Shown here one piece after another: positions 46,701-54,787 of a DNA stretch of 64,000 nt (its first letter is position 1; each line of letters starts with the position of its first letter). The stretch is from Pseudomonadota bacterium (lineage in GTDB: Bacteria > Myxococcota_A > UBA9042 > CAIXZC01). A program made the translations under genes and the position numbers. Where the stretch lies: assembly GCA_043815665.1 (NCBI GenBank), contig JBDRIT010000025.1, forward strand, positions 67,487 through 131,486, in the 5' to 3' direction. Under the pieces are notes generated by a model. The model searched no databases. It was not told the DNA's origin and saw only the letters and a list, made by a program, of their open reading frames with translations.

Positions 46701-46861
46701 ACCCCACGATCTTCCCGAAGTCCGAGACCTCCTCGGGCTGCACCCGGGCCCCAGCCGGTTCGACCGCTACGGTCTGGCTGCTCCTCCTGGCCCTTGCGGG
46801 CCTCATCGGCGTGCGCCGTGTCCGTCGGGGCGACCTGAAGGACGCCCGCACCGGAGGATGA
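43733..46861 (+). CDS. large secreted Cys-rich repeat protein (LamG-like N-domain, ~9 CGxDGCGGxCGxC repeats, MYXO-CTERM-like tail)
   Basis: Signal peptide. Repeat units such as CMPNCGGKICGSDGCGGACGACPPGFEC. C-terminus GCTRAPAGSTATVWLLLLALAGLIGVRRVRR. Confidence 0.8.
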   Translation: MSMKGRWTMRFAMTAILVAALAAPAAAATWSYGFDNDLQEFSGTDGWVSQYCSDPWTTALNGGVTPKTDDGCNVEQCTPSNNCGYNWGYWLQWGQCIQSDPLDNHITYGPKTWQDYVFRADMRNDDDDTFGFVFRYQNSGQFYLFMISRNIAPLPNLGCGHEIYGAALYRIEGSDGTVLGTAENVVYQPGQVHKVQITVQGNHLTVQFDTNHDGAFGADETIFDLDDPDPLPSGQVGFFAWENGATGNDADPCSAGGCWFDNAEVDVLAVDDPCDGISWEGYCEGNTAVYCDDGVVKEVNCQGCCAWIPQQEYYWCTNGPSCQQDCIPECGQGDFGCSDQGTHAWVCGQDSTGCWIRSWTACTQSGVCDAATGQCAGNPCEPQCVGEDGQLMACGPDGCGGACGTCPGDSYCGAGFTCVEDCMPNCGGKICGSDGCGGACGACPPGFECNQQGLCQAQCLPNCVGKQCGNDGCGGSCGICPPGLTCVDYQCTVCTPDCTDKQCGGDGCGGLCGTCPEDFTCEDNLCVEGPCEPQCVSADGLMKQCGPNGCAGFCGFCPPGLECNDAGMCISTCTPDCEGKDCGPDGCDGFCGQCDDDALCWDGQCIVQDSCVGFCGEQGPSCYCDPQCQDYGDCCDDACEACPDLPFCGQCQPLCADPLGNPFECGDDGCSGACGLCGDGDVCQGHVCVPDGPVIPETCSEIQGCIEQCGDDEACAAACFEVAPPDAQQLYFELVQCYQGAEGLCDCVGEDDNCWLVCLLTECEAVIDACYAFQGDCGDIVGCTQECTGGTCMADCLNSEGDVAAKLLFMEVAACVENACADPFPGCVEDALQGPCADLFEECTGGACEPDCQGPDGPMQCGGDGCGGSCGECGAGASCVGGECVDDGDPCGLACAGKECGSTNGCLCGTCDAGQACDDGECIPVGECTPGDYKQCVGDILYWFDSCDQQGPPTEICKGTCVEDKCVDEEPGTGDVIDPEDAGPDPDITDPTIFPKSETSSGCTRAPAGSTATVWLLLLALAGLIGVRRVRRGDLKDARTGG

Positions 46862-48174
46862 ACCCCGTGCACACCACCGGCCGGGTCGTGGCCCTTTCCC
46901 TCCTCGCGTTCCTGTGCGGCGGGTGCGGCGGGGATGCTCCGAGGGCGGGGACCGGCTGGATCCTCCCCGGAGAGGTCGGGGCATGGCCGGACGCCCTCTC
47001 GGGGGATGACACAGCAGCGGACATCGCCATCGGCGAAGGCGGCGATTCGAACTGCGATCCCCCCGACGTCTGCGCCCACGAAGTCACCTCGGACACGGAC
47101 GCCGGGCTCCTCTGCACCCCCGGGGAGAGGTCCTGCGACGGGGCCGACGTCATCGAGTGCGGAGGAGACGGGCTCGCCTGGGAATCCCTCGGGGACTGCG
47201 ACGACGGGGACTTCTGCACCGAGGACCAGTGCCTGGGCGGGGAGTGCCTCAACGAGGCCCTCGGGTCCTGCTGCGAGCCGCCCTGCCCCCTCGGACAGCT
47301 CTGCTTCAACGGGGAGTGTGTCTGCGCATCCCAGTGCTTCGGCAAGGAGTGCGGCGACGACGGCTGCGGCGGGACCTGCGGCGAGTGCCCTCTGCAGCAC
47401 CACTGTTCCCCCGCGGGCCAGTGCACCTGTGATCCGGATTGCGCGGGGCCAGACGGGACGGAGAAGGAGTGCGGCGACGACGGCTGCGGCGACGCCTGCG
47501 GATTCTGCCTCGGGCCCCAGGATCTCTGCCTCGAGGGGCTCTGCGTCTGCCAGCCCGCCTGCGAGGCGATGGAGTGCGGCCCGGACGGCTGCGGCGCCGA
47601 CTGCGGTGTCTGCCCCGCCCAGCACCAATGCTCCCCGGAGGGCCAGTGCGTCTGTGTCCCGGACTGTGCTGGCAAGACCTGCGGCGGCGACGGGTGCGGC
47701 GGCCTCTGCGGCGAATGCGACGCCCCGCTGTATCTCTGTGACGCCGCGGGGCAGTGCGTCCAGGACCCGGCCTTCTCACCGGTGCTCGGTGCGTGCACAC
47801 CCCACCTCCTCGGGCCGACGGTCTATTACATCTGCTGGCAGGCCAAGAAGTGGGACGACGCAAAGGACTACTGTGCGGACAACGGCACCTGGCTCGCCAC
47901 GATCACGTCCCAGGCCGAGCAGGACTTCCTCGCCGGTCTCGCTGGCGCGGCGGGGCAGACCCTCTGGATCGGTCTGAGCCAGGGCTTCTGGGAGTGGGAC
48001 TCCTTCGAGTGGGTCACCGGCGAGGGAAAGCCCGTGGAGTTCTGGGGCGAGGGTGAGCCCAACGATGGCGGGTTCTTCGAGAGCGAGGACTGCGGCGAGA
48101 TGCACCCCGCCGGGTTCTGGAATGACGAAAAATGCGGCGACGAGCAGTGGTTCTTCTGTGAGCACTCCTCCTGA
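46858..48174 (+). CDS. Cys-rich repeat lipoprotein with C-terminal C-type lectin-like domain
   Basis: ATGA overlap with the upstream gene. LSLLAFLCGGCGG. Four CGDDGCGGTCGEC-type repeats. C-terminal WIGL...WEW...GEPND...WNDEKC...FFCE is a CTLD signature. Confidence 0.8.
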   Translation: MNPVHTTGRVVALSLLAFLCGGCGGDAPRAGTGWILPGEVGAWPDALSGDDTAADIAIGEGGDSNCDPPDVCAHEVTSDTDAGLLCTPGERSCDGADVIECGGDGLAWESLGDCDDGDFCTEDQCLGGECLNEALGSCCEPPCPLGQLCFNGECVCASQCFGKECGDDGCGGTCGECPLQHHCSPAGQCTCDPDCAGPDGTEKECGDDGCGDACGFCLGPQDLCLEGLCVCQPACEAMECGPDGCGADCGVCPAQHQCSPEGQCVCVPDCAGKTCGGDGCGGLCGECDAPLYLCDAAGQCVQDPAFSPVLGACTPHLLGPTVYYICWQAKKWDDAKDYCADNGTWLATITSQAEQDFLAGLAGAAGQTLWIGLSQGFWEWDSFEWVTGEGKPVEFWGEGEPNDGGFFESEDCGEMHPAGFWNDEKCGDEQWFFCEHSS

Positions 48175-48223
48175 CCCAGGGGCGCCGACGGCGCGCCGGA
48201 CGGTTCCCCGGAGCCGCGGCTGG

Positions 48224-48706
48224 ATGGTGCCTGCCGGAGGCATCGGCCTCGCCGGCCTTCTCGCCCTCACCGAGGCCGCGTTCGGCGTCGGCTATCCGAC
48301 CCCATACAGCCCACCGGAGGCACCGCTCATGGCGGCTGCGTGGGGCCTGCCCGCAGGGATGCTCCTCACGGAGGCCTGGTTCGATCTGCGCACCTACGGC
48401 CTCGGCCGGAAGGGCCTGTTCCTCCTCTTCGGGATGGTCCTCGCGGCCACAGGATGCCTCCTCCCGTGGCCCATCGCGGTGCCGCCGAGCATCCACGGCG
48501 CGGTGGTCGGCCTCGCGGTGCTCCACGAGCTCATCGACTACCGGCCGACGAGCTCCCACCGGCTCGTGCTCGTGATGTTCTCCCTCCTGCTGGCCGCCTG
48601 GCACGAGCTGTTCCGCTTCCCCGCGCCCGCGTCCCTCCTGGTGGGGGTCGGGGTGGGGATCGCTGCCTGGTGTGTCGCGAGGATCAGCGCCGGCGCAACG
48701 CGGTGA
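48224..48706 (+). CDS. hypothetical polytopic membrane protein
   Basis: ~160 aa with 4-5 hydrophobic helices. Weak similarity to A24 prepilin peptidases (FDLRT), but no GxGDVK motif. Confidence 0.45.
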   Translation: MVPAGGIGLAGLLALTEAAFGVGYPTPYSPPEAPLMAAAWGLPAGMLLTEAWFDLRTYGLGRKGLFLLFGMVLAATGCLLPWPIAVPPSIHGAVVGLAVLHELIDYRPTSSHRLVLVMFSLLLAAWHELFRFPAPASLLVGVGVGIAAWCVARISAGATR

Positions 48707-49955
48707 CCGTCTCGATGTGCGGCGTGTGGGGGAAGAGATCCACCGGGATGACCCGGTCCACCCGCCAGCCTGCGTCCACGAGGATCCCGAGGTCTCTCCC
48801 CAGGGTGTAGGGGTCACAGGACACGTAGACGATCCCTTGGGTCGGGTGATCGCGAAGGGCCTCGCAGACGGCACGGGCGCCGGCCCGGGGCGGGTCCAAC
48901 AGGACCAGGTCCGGAGCAGGGCCATCCTGACCGAGCGCCCGCACGGCGTCCCCGTGGTGAACGCGGAGGGTCGCTCCCCGCGGGGCGGCGCCCTCGAGGG
49001 CACGCACCGCAGGCCCCGACGACTCCCAGGCCTCGACAGCCAGCCCTGCTCCGAGCAGGGGGAGGGTCATGTTTCCGCTCCCGGAGTACAGCTCCAGGAT
49101 CCTGCCGGATGGGGGCACCATCGCCTCCACCGCGGCGATGACACGCTCCACGAGGAGCCCGTTGGCAGCCCAGTTTGCCTGGAGGAACGCGCCCGCGGCC
49201 ACGGGGATTCGCCAGGTCCTGCCTGTGACCTCGAGGATCTTGGACCCGGTGGCCTCGCTGAAGCGGTGGCTGCCCAGCCCCGGAGCTCCGAGGATCCCCC
49301 CCCGGATCGCCTTGGATTGAGCCAGCGCAACCTGGAGACCATCGAGATCCCGGGGCACGTTCGAGAGGTTGATCGCGACCAGGACGCCCTCGTCGGCGAG
49401 GCTCAGCTCCACGGTCCCGGCGGCGCCCCGCCCGGCCAGGGCGGCGCGCAGGGCCGCGGCCGCGTCGAGGAGCGGCCGCATCAGCACGGGACACTCCGGC
49501 GCATTCACGACCTCGTGGGTCCCGGGACGGAAGAAGCCCAGGCGGACGCGACCGCCGTCGGAGGCAATGTGGAGCCGTGCCCGGTGGCGCCAGGCCCGCT
49601 CTTCCGGGCTGGGCACCACCTCCTCCGGCGGCATCTCCACGCCGGCCCGGCCCAGCGCGTCGGAGAGGATCTGGCGGCATGCGTCCCGCTGCGCAGCGAC
49701 CGCGACGTGCTGCCAATCGCACCCCCCGCACGTCCCGGCGAGGGGACAGAAGGGCTCGACCCGACACACAGACGGTCGGATGACCCGGGTCACGACCGCC
49801 AGGTCGAACCGTGCACGCTGCTGGAACAGGCGGACCTCCACGACCTCGTCCGGCGCGGCGCCGCGCACGAAGACCACCTTCCCGTCGGTTGCCCGCGCAA
49901 CGGCGCCGCCCAGGAACGCGAGGGCGCCGGTCTCCAGGGTGACGACGTCGGTCAA
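48684..49955 (-). CDS. rlmD: 23S rRNA (uracil-5-)-methyltransferase RlmD/RumA family
   Basis: TRAM-like N-terminus. Cys cluster CRVEPFCPLAGTCGGCDWQH. SAM-MTase motifs LELYSGSGN and DPPRAG. Confidence 0.88.
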   Translation of the reverse strand: MTDVVTLETGALAFLGGAVARATDGKVVFVRGAAPDEVVEVRLFQQRARFDLAVVTRVIRPSVCRVEPFCPLAGTCGGCDWQHVAVAAQRDACRQILSDALGRAGVEMPPEEVVPSPEERAWRHRARLHIASDGGRVRLGFFRPGTHEVVNAPECPVLMRPLLDAAAALRAALAGRGAAGTVELSLADEGVLVAINLSNVPRDLDGLQVALAQSKAIRGGILGAPGLGSHRFSEATGSKILEVTGRTWRIPVAAGAFLQANWAANGLLVERVIAAVEAMVPPSGRILELYSGSGNMTLPLLGAGLAVEAWESSGPAVRALEGAAPRGATLRVHHGDAVRALGQDGPAPDLVLLDPPRAGARAVCEALRDHPTQGIVYVSCDPYTLGRDLGILVDAGWRVDRVIPVDLFPHTPHIETVTALRRR

Positions 49956-51028
49956 GGCAGGTCGAGCCCGAGGAGGAGGGGCACGTGGTCGGAGAGGTCG
50001 GGCATGGGCTCGAGGAGCTTCGGGGTCGAGGTGTTGATGGAGCCACCCGTGAGGAGGTAGTCGAACCGCCGGATCGGCGCCGCCCCTTCCGCCCCCAGCC
50101 AGGTGGCGTGGGCCGCCGGATCCTGGAAGAAGTCCCGGTCCTGGACGACCTCTTTCAGGCTCCCCTTGTGGCGCAGGAGATCCATGGTGTACTCCATCTC
50201 GCCCATCTGCTTCGCCTCTTCGGGGTTCTTGGGGCGCTGCGCGGGCTCCGTCCAGGTCGTTGCGTAGACCACCGCATCATGGAAATCCCGGGTCTCGATC
50301 CACTCGGCGGCAGCGCTCGCCTGGCGCTCCCGAGCCCTGGAATCGACCTGGTCGAGGACCACCTGCAGGATCTTGAGCTCCTTCTCGTCGCCTACCCGGA
50401 TCCGGGCCTCATGGACCACCGCAATGGGACCGAATGCATCGTCCATCCAGCCCCTGTCCCTGGAGCCGGGGAGGGGGTAGAGCACGCTCTTCGCAATCGG
50501 GTATCGGCTGAGCACGGCCACGCCGGAGTCGATCCCCCCCGAGAAGTTGAGCACAAGGGGCCGCGGGTAGAGCGGGTACGGGCTCATCTGCGTCCGCGCC
50601 CGGGCCACGTAGGCCCAGCCGAGGCGCCGCGCGAGGATCTCGGCCTGGTCGCGCTCCCCCGTGGCCCGGGACCCGAAGTCCACCTCCTGGAGCACCAGCG
50701 CATCCGCCGCCTGGTCCCGGACCAGGGCCACCACCTGATCCAGACGGTGGGAGATCGCCTGGTCCTCATGAGCCACCTCGGCGGGCGGGTTCCGCTCGTA
50801 CCAGATCAAGTCCCGACCCAAGCCGTGGTTGAGGTTCAGGAACAGGATCTTGAGCCCCTTGCCGGTGCTCTGGGGTGGGTCCTCACCCGCCCAGGAACCC
50901 TGCTCCACGTCCAGATTCGTCTCCCCGATCGGGTGGTACCCGGACTTGTAGATCCCGAGGACCAACAGCACCAGGACGATGAATGCCACGATCAAAATGG
51001 TCACGATGACGGAAAAAAAGCGTCTCAT
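49952..51028 (-). CDS. endonuclease/exonuclease/phosphatase (EEP) family protein, N-terminal TM
   Basis: LKILFLNLNHG...LVLQEVD...SDHVPLL are EEP-fold motifs. Confidence 0.8.
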   Translation of the reverse strand: MRRFFSVIVTILIVAFIVLVLLVLGIYKSGYHPIGETNLDVEQGSWAGEDPPQSTGKGLKILFLNLNHGLGRDLIWYERNPPAEVAHEDQAISHRLDQVVALVRDQAADALVLQEVDFGSRATGERDQAEILARRLGWAYVARARTQMSPYPLYPRPLVLNFSGGIDSGVAVLSRYPIAKSVLYPLPGSRDRGWMDDAFGPIAVVHEARIRVGDEKELKILQVVLDQVDSRARERQASAAAEWIETRDFHDAVVYATTWTEPAQRPKNPEEAKQMGEMEYTMDLLRHKGSLKEVVQDRDFFQDPAAHATWLGAEGAAPIRRFDYLLTGGSINTSTPKLLEPMPDLSDHVPLLLGLDLP

Positions 51029-51037
51029 CGGTCTCCT

Positions 51038-51898
51038 CTAGAGGTGGATCCTCAGCGGTCTGGTTGAACGTCGCGGCTCGATCACATCACCGTAACCGAG
51101 ATCGTGGCGGATGTGCCCGCCATCCACCCAGACCGCTGCCTCCGGGGTGAGGTTGGTGATACGCAGGCCGCCGGTGAACGTCTCCCGCAGGAGACGGAGG
51201 GTGTCCTGTCGGCGAAATACCTCCCGCACTGCGAACTGGAGCATGCACGCGCCCAGGGGCATACGCGTTCCCCCGGCGTTCAGGATCCCCGCGGTGGATC
51301 CGGCCGGGGTCGAGACCCAGATTCCTGAGCTCTTCTGCAGCTCCCGGCGCCCGTCCAGCTCGATGGAGTACACCGTCGACGTCGCCGGGTTCACCGCGGT
51401 GTACAGGAAGTCGTTGAGGGCTGGAGGCGGCAGCTCCACGCCTCCCACAGAAACGGAACACCTGGTGAGGTTTCGTGGCGCAACCTCACCGGCCAGGATC
51501 GGCCGCAGACGGTCCGGAAAATCGTGCCGGGTCGCCGCGCAGAACCAGCCTACGCTGAAGGTCGGCCTCGAGTTGATCCCGACGATCGGGGTGTCCACGA
51601 GCCAGTGGGACGCATCCAGCAGGGTCCCGTCACCGCCCACGGTGATCACGAGGTCGTACTCACCGTCCTGGTCCACCCCCGGAGGAGCGCCCAGCCGGTA
51701 GGAAATCCCACCGCCAGTAAGGAAGGCCTCGACGGCCTCCGTGACCTTGAGGTTCTCATCGTGATCCCGGAGCAGACGGGCGGCGTGCTCGCCGCTCTGC
51801 GCCATCAACTCAAGGAACCGCGGCACCTTCTTCTCCAGCCCGAAGTGCTGGTAAAAGCTCCGCTTGGTCACGAGCAGGACCTGCGCGGTCCGTCCCAC
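51038..51898 (-). CDS. nadK: NAD kinase
   Basis: DLVITVGGDGTLL GGDG motif and the NE/D short motif. 286 aa, typical for PpnK. Confidence 0.9.
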   Translation of the reverse strand: MGRTAQVLLVTKRSFYQHFGLEKKVPRFLELMAQSGEHAARLLRDHDENLKVTEAVEAFLTGGGISYRLGAPPGVDQDGEYDLVITVGGDGTLLDASHWLVDTPIVGINSRPTFSVGWFCAATRHDFPDRLRPILAGEVAPRNLTRCSVSVGGVELPPPALNDFLYTAVNPATSTVYSIELDGRRELQKSSGIWVSTPAGSTAGILNAGGTRMPLGACMLQFAVREVFRRQDTLRLLRETFTGGLRITNLTPEAAVWVDGGHIRHDLGYGDVIEPRRSTRPLRIHL

Positions 51899-52061
51899 GT
51901 TGGTCCCTCCTTTTTCTCTGGTCCTCGGGCAGTCGGGGCGCTATCGGTCAGTATCCAGCAGGGAACGTTTGTCCACAACCCAAAAAAATGTCATGAAAGG
52001 GGTAAAGGCGTCGGGCGATGGTCCGTTTCACGCCGGAACCGTGGGGACCTGGAGGAAGATC

Positions 52062-53039
52062 ATGCGATACAAGGCAATGCTCGGAGCGATGGTTCTGGTC
52101 CTCATGGCCGGCCTGGCCCTCCTGATCAACAGTGGCCTCCAGGCCCCGTCCGGGGCAGCCACAGGGGAAGCCACCGGCTGCGGCGGCGACCCCACCGCGC
52201 CCATGGATACGGCGGAGGCGGACTATGTCCTCGGGTCCGCAGAGGGCGATCCCGACACGCCAGTGAAGATCACCTACAAGGGCGCCGCCACGGAAAAGAG
52301 CTGCCCGACCCTCAGCGTGGAGCCGGGGGACCTGGTCGCCGCGTTCGAGGACCCCTGCGCCGACCCCGGCGCGATCCGGATCTGGGAGCTCACCCCCGGC
52401 GAGGCCGCCAGTCTGATCGCTGCATTCCAGGCGATTCGTGATCTGAACTGCACCTCCCAGGATTGCCTCGACGTGCTGACCCAGGCGGAGGAGTCCCTGC
52501 AGCTGGAGCTCGAGGCGCCCATGGAGGCCCAGATCGCGAACCTCCTGAAGAAGGCCCAGTCCGTGCCCCCCACGGGGACCGGCGAGGAGGCCCCGGAGCC
52601 CGATCCCCCCGCGGTGGCCGACCCGGGGGCCCCTGAGGTCCAGCAACAGATCTCCCAGGTGACCTTCAAGGCCGAGGAGGGCGTAGACTTTGCAGCGGAC
52701 GCGGTGGTCAAGGACGGCCACCCCCTCAAGGTGGACCTGATCTGCTACGCCGGCTCCCAGGGCCTCGACTGCCAGGCCGGCGCGGGTCCCACGATCAGCA
52801 AGCAGAAGCACCTGAAGCTCTTCCGCACGCCCGGGGGCACCATCGAGACCTTCGGCGGCGTCACGGAGCTGCCCACGGACCTCCCCTTGGACGCGGACCG
52901 GGACATGCTCAACGGCGCCGAGGCCGGCTGGGGCTTCGTCCTCGAGAACAACCTCTCCAAGACCTACACCCGCGCCTTCATCAAGAAGGCCACCCAGGAC
53001 TCCATCACGATCCAGTACGTCGTCTTCGCCGCCGACTGA
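52062..53039 (+). CDS. secreted hypothetical protein
   Basis: GGAGGA RBS. Signal peptide MRYKAMLGAMVLVLMAGLALLINSG. High GC3. Confidence 0.6.
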   Translation: MRYKAMLGAMVLVLMAGLALLINSGLQAPSGAATGEATGCGGDPTAPMDTAEADYVLGSAEGDPDTPVKITYKGAATEKSCPTLSVEPGDLVAAFEDPCADPGAIRIWELTPGEAASLIAAFQAIRDLNCTSQDCLDVLTQAEESLQLELEAPMEAQIANLLKKAQSVPPTGTGEEAPEPDPPAVADPGAPEVQQQISQVTFKAEEGVDFAADAVVKDGHPLKVDLICYAGSQGLDCQAGAGPTISKQKHLKLFRTPGGTIETFGGVTELPTDLPLDADRDMLNGAEAGWGFVLENNLSKTYTRAFIKKATQDSITIQYVVFAAD

Positions 53040-53060
53040 TTCCGACCCGCCTCACAATCT

Positions 53061-53525
53061 CTACCGTGAAACGACCCGCGGTGGTGCGGACCTCGACGCC
53101 GAACCGGGCCAGGACGTCCCGGATCGGCCCCTGGACCGTTCGAAGGGGGTGTGGACGTCGAAGCGGCCTTCCGATCGGGCGCTCGCGGCGATCACGAGCA
53201 TCCTGGGCCCGAGCACCACCGCGCCGCCACCTCCCCTCCGTCTGTGCACCGGGACCCCGTCGGCCTCTGCCACATGGGTGTTGACCACGCAACCGATGTC
53301 CTGGGAACGGCCCACCACGAGCCCGGTGCGCGCGCTCAAACACGTCCGCGCGAAGACCCGCCCCCCGTCGTCGACCGAGACCCGGAATCCCCCGTCGTAC
53401 AAGGCCGAAAGCGCATCGGACACGTGGCTCCCAGGGCCCGCCAGCGCGGCGTCTCCGGGGTACGGACTCCCGGCATCCCTGGGCAGGAGATCGGCGACCG
53501 CAAGGGTCCGATCCATGGGCTCCAT
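53061..53525 (-). CDS. hypothetical protein
   Basis: GAGGAG RBS before ATG. MEPMDRTLAV... 154 aa. The longer ORF-track version (to 53981) overlaps hupB and the HU promoter and is rejected. Confidence 0.4.
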   Translation of the reverse strand: MEPMDRTLAVADLLPRDAGSPYPGDAALAGPGSHVSDALSALYDGGFRVSVDDGGRVFARTCLSARTGLVVGRSQDIGCVVNTHVAEADGVPVHRRRGGGGAVVLGPRMLVIAASARSEGRFDVHTPFERSRGRSGTSWPGSASRSAPPRVVSR

Positions 53526-53711
53526 CTCCTCACTGATCGCCGCCCTTCGGGACCTCGGGGGCTGTCGCGAATCCCTCGACGTTTCGTCTTCATGAAATAA
53601 ACTGTGCATTTTTCGCTTGTCGTTCCAGATGCGCAGTGTTAAAAAGCCCCCAGAGCCAGTGATGGCAACGCATAACGCAATTGGGTCATTCAAACCGGAA
53701 GGGGGACTACC

Positions 53712-53975
53712 ATGACCAAGGCCGAGCTGATCAGCGCCGTGAGCGGAGACTACACCAAGAAGGATGCCGAGGCCGTCGTGAACGCGGTCTTCGAGGTCAT
53801 CAAGGGCACCCTGGCCACGGACGGGACCTTCTCGTTCCCGGGCTTCGGGACGTTCAAGGTCAAGACCCGCGCCGCCCGTAAGGGCCGGAACCCGCGGACC
53901 GGCGCCGAGATCACCATCAAGGCGAGCAAGACCGTGACCTTCAAGCCCGCGCCGAGCTTCAAGGGCGACCTCTAG
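53712..53975 (+). CDS. hup: HU family DNA-binding protein
   Basis: [11 protein letters not shown]...[26 protein letters not shown] is the canonical HU/IHF fold signature. GGAAGGGGG RBS. Confidence 0.95.
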   Translation: MTKAELISAVSGDYTKKDAEAVVNAVFEVIKGTLATDGTFSFPGFGTFKVKTRAARKGRNPRTGAEITIKASKTVTFKPAPSFKGDL

Positions 53976-54151
53976 TCCCAAAACAAGCGAAGATACCGTA
54001 GCGAGGCGGTCGAGATGGCGGTGCTGACAAGGATAGCGAACGAAGGCGATGCCGAGTATCGTCGAGTTCGAGTGAGCATGGCGAACGGTCTATCCGCCGT
54101 TCAGCACTGGCAGATCGGCTGCCGCAGTAGGCAGATGCGCTTGTTTTGGGG
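53976..54151. repeat. inverted-repeat-bounded intergenic element (13-bp perfect terminal IR cccaaaacaagcg / cgcttgttttggg); candidate structured ncRNA (6S-like size) or MITE-like element
   Basis: IR arms at 53977-53989 and 54138-54150 close a ~176-nt unit with lower GC and internal hairpins. Exactly fills the gap between convergent hup and lemA. Confidence 0.35.
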
Positions 54152-54778
54152 CTAAAACCCCACCTTCGGCGGCTTCTTCGTGGCCTCCTTCTCGGCCTCG
54201 TCCAGCTCGTAGTATGGCGCCTCCTCGAGGTCGGTCATGCCAGCGAAGAACCGCCCGAAGAAGGAGCGACGGTACGCGTTCAGGGCCCGGGCAGCCTCGT
54301 TGTAGCGCTTGCGGGCCACTGCGATGCGGTTCTCCGTGCCCTCGATGGAGTCCTGGAGCTTGAGGAAGGACTGGTTGGCCTTGAGGTCAGGGTACTTCTC
54401 CTTCAGGAGGAGGAGCCGGGACAGCGCCCCATCCAGGCCCGAGGCGGCCTTGATCTTGTCCGTCATGGAGCCGCCCTTGGCCGCGGAGAAGTACGCCTTC
54501 CTCGCGTCGGCGAGGTGGGTGAAGACCTCCTTCTCGTGCTTCGCGTAGCCCTTCACGGTCTCCACGAGGTTGTCCAGGAGGTCCAGGCGTCGCTTGAGCT
54601 GGTTCTCCACCTCGCTCCAGCCCTCCTTGACCTGTTCGTCGTAGGTGACGCCCTTGTTGTACATCCGCACGAACCAGAGCCCTGCGATCAGGGCGATGAT
54701 CAGGAGAATGCCGACGGGCAGCAGGCAACCAAGCTTCCAGTTGAAGCCGGCGCGGCCGGGTGTGGAATCGTCGTTCAT
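54152..54778 (-). CDS. LemA family protein
   Basis: N-terminal TM then the LemA domain (VTYDEQVKEGWSEVENQLKRRLDLLDNLVETVKGYAKHEKEVF...). Confidence 0.9.
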   Translation of the reverse strand: MNDDSTPGRAGFNWKLGCLLPVGILLIIALIAGLWFVRMYNKGVTYDEQVKEGWSEVENQLKRRLDLLDNLVETVKGYAKHEKEVFTHLADARKAYFSAAKGGSMTDKIKAASGLDGALSRLLLLKEKYPDLKANQSFLKLQDSIEGTENRIAVARKRYNEAARALNAYRRSFFGRFFAGMTDLEEAPYYELDEAEKEATKKPPKVGF

Positions 54779-54787
54779 TGGGAGCTC

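Noticed and set aside
48224-48706. Prepilin peptidase (A24/CpaA) assignment for the small membrane protein
   Set aside because: Only a weak FDLRT resemblance. The second catalytic motif (GxGDVK) is absent. Kept as a hypothetical membrane protein.
53061-53981. 306-aa minus-strand ORF extending from 53061 to 53981
   Set aside because: The upstream two thirds overlap the hup gene and its promoter on the opposite strand, and are low-complexity. Only the downstream 154 codons (from the RBS-associated ATG at 53525) were retained, with low confidence.
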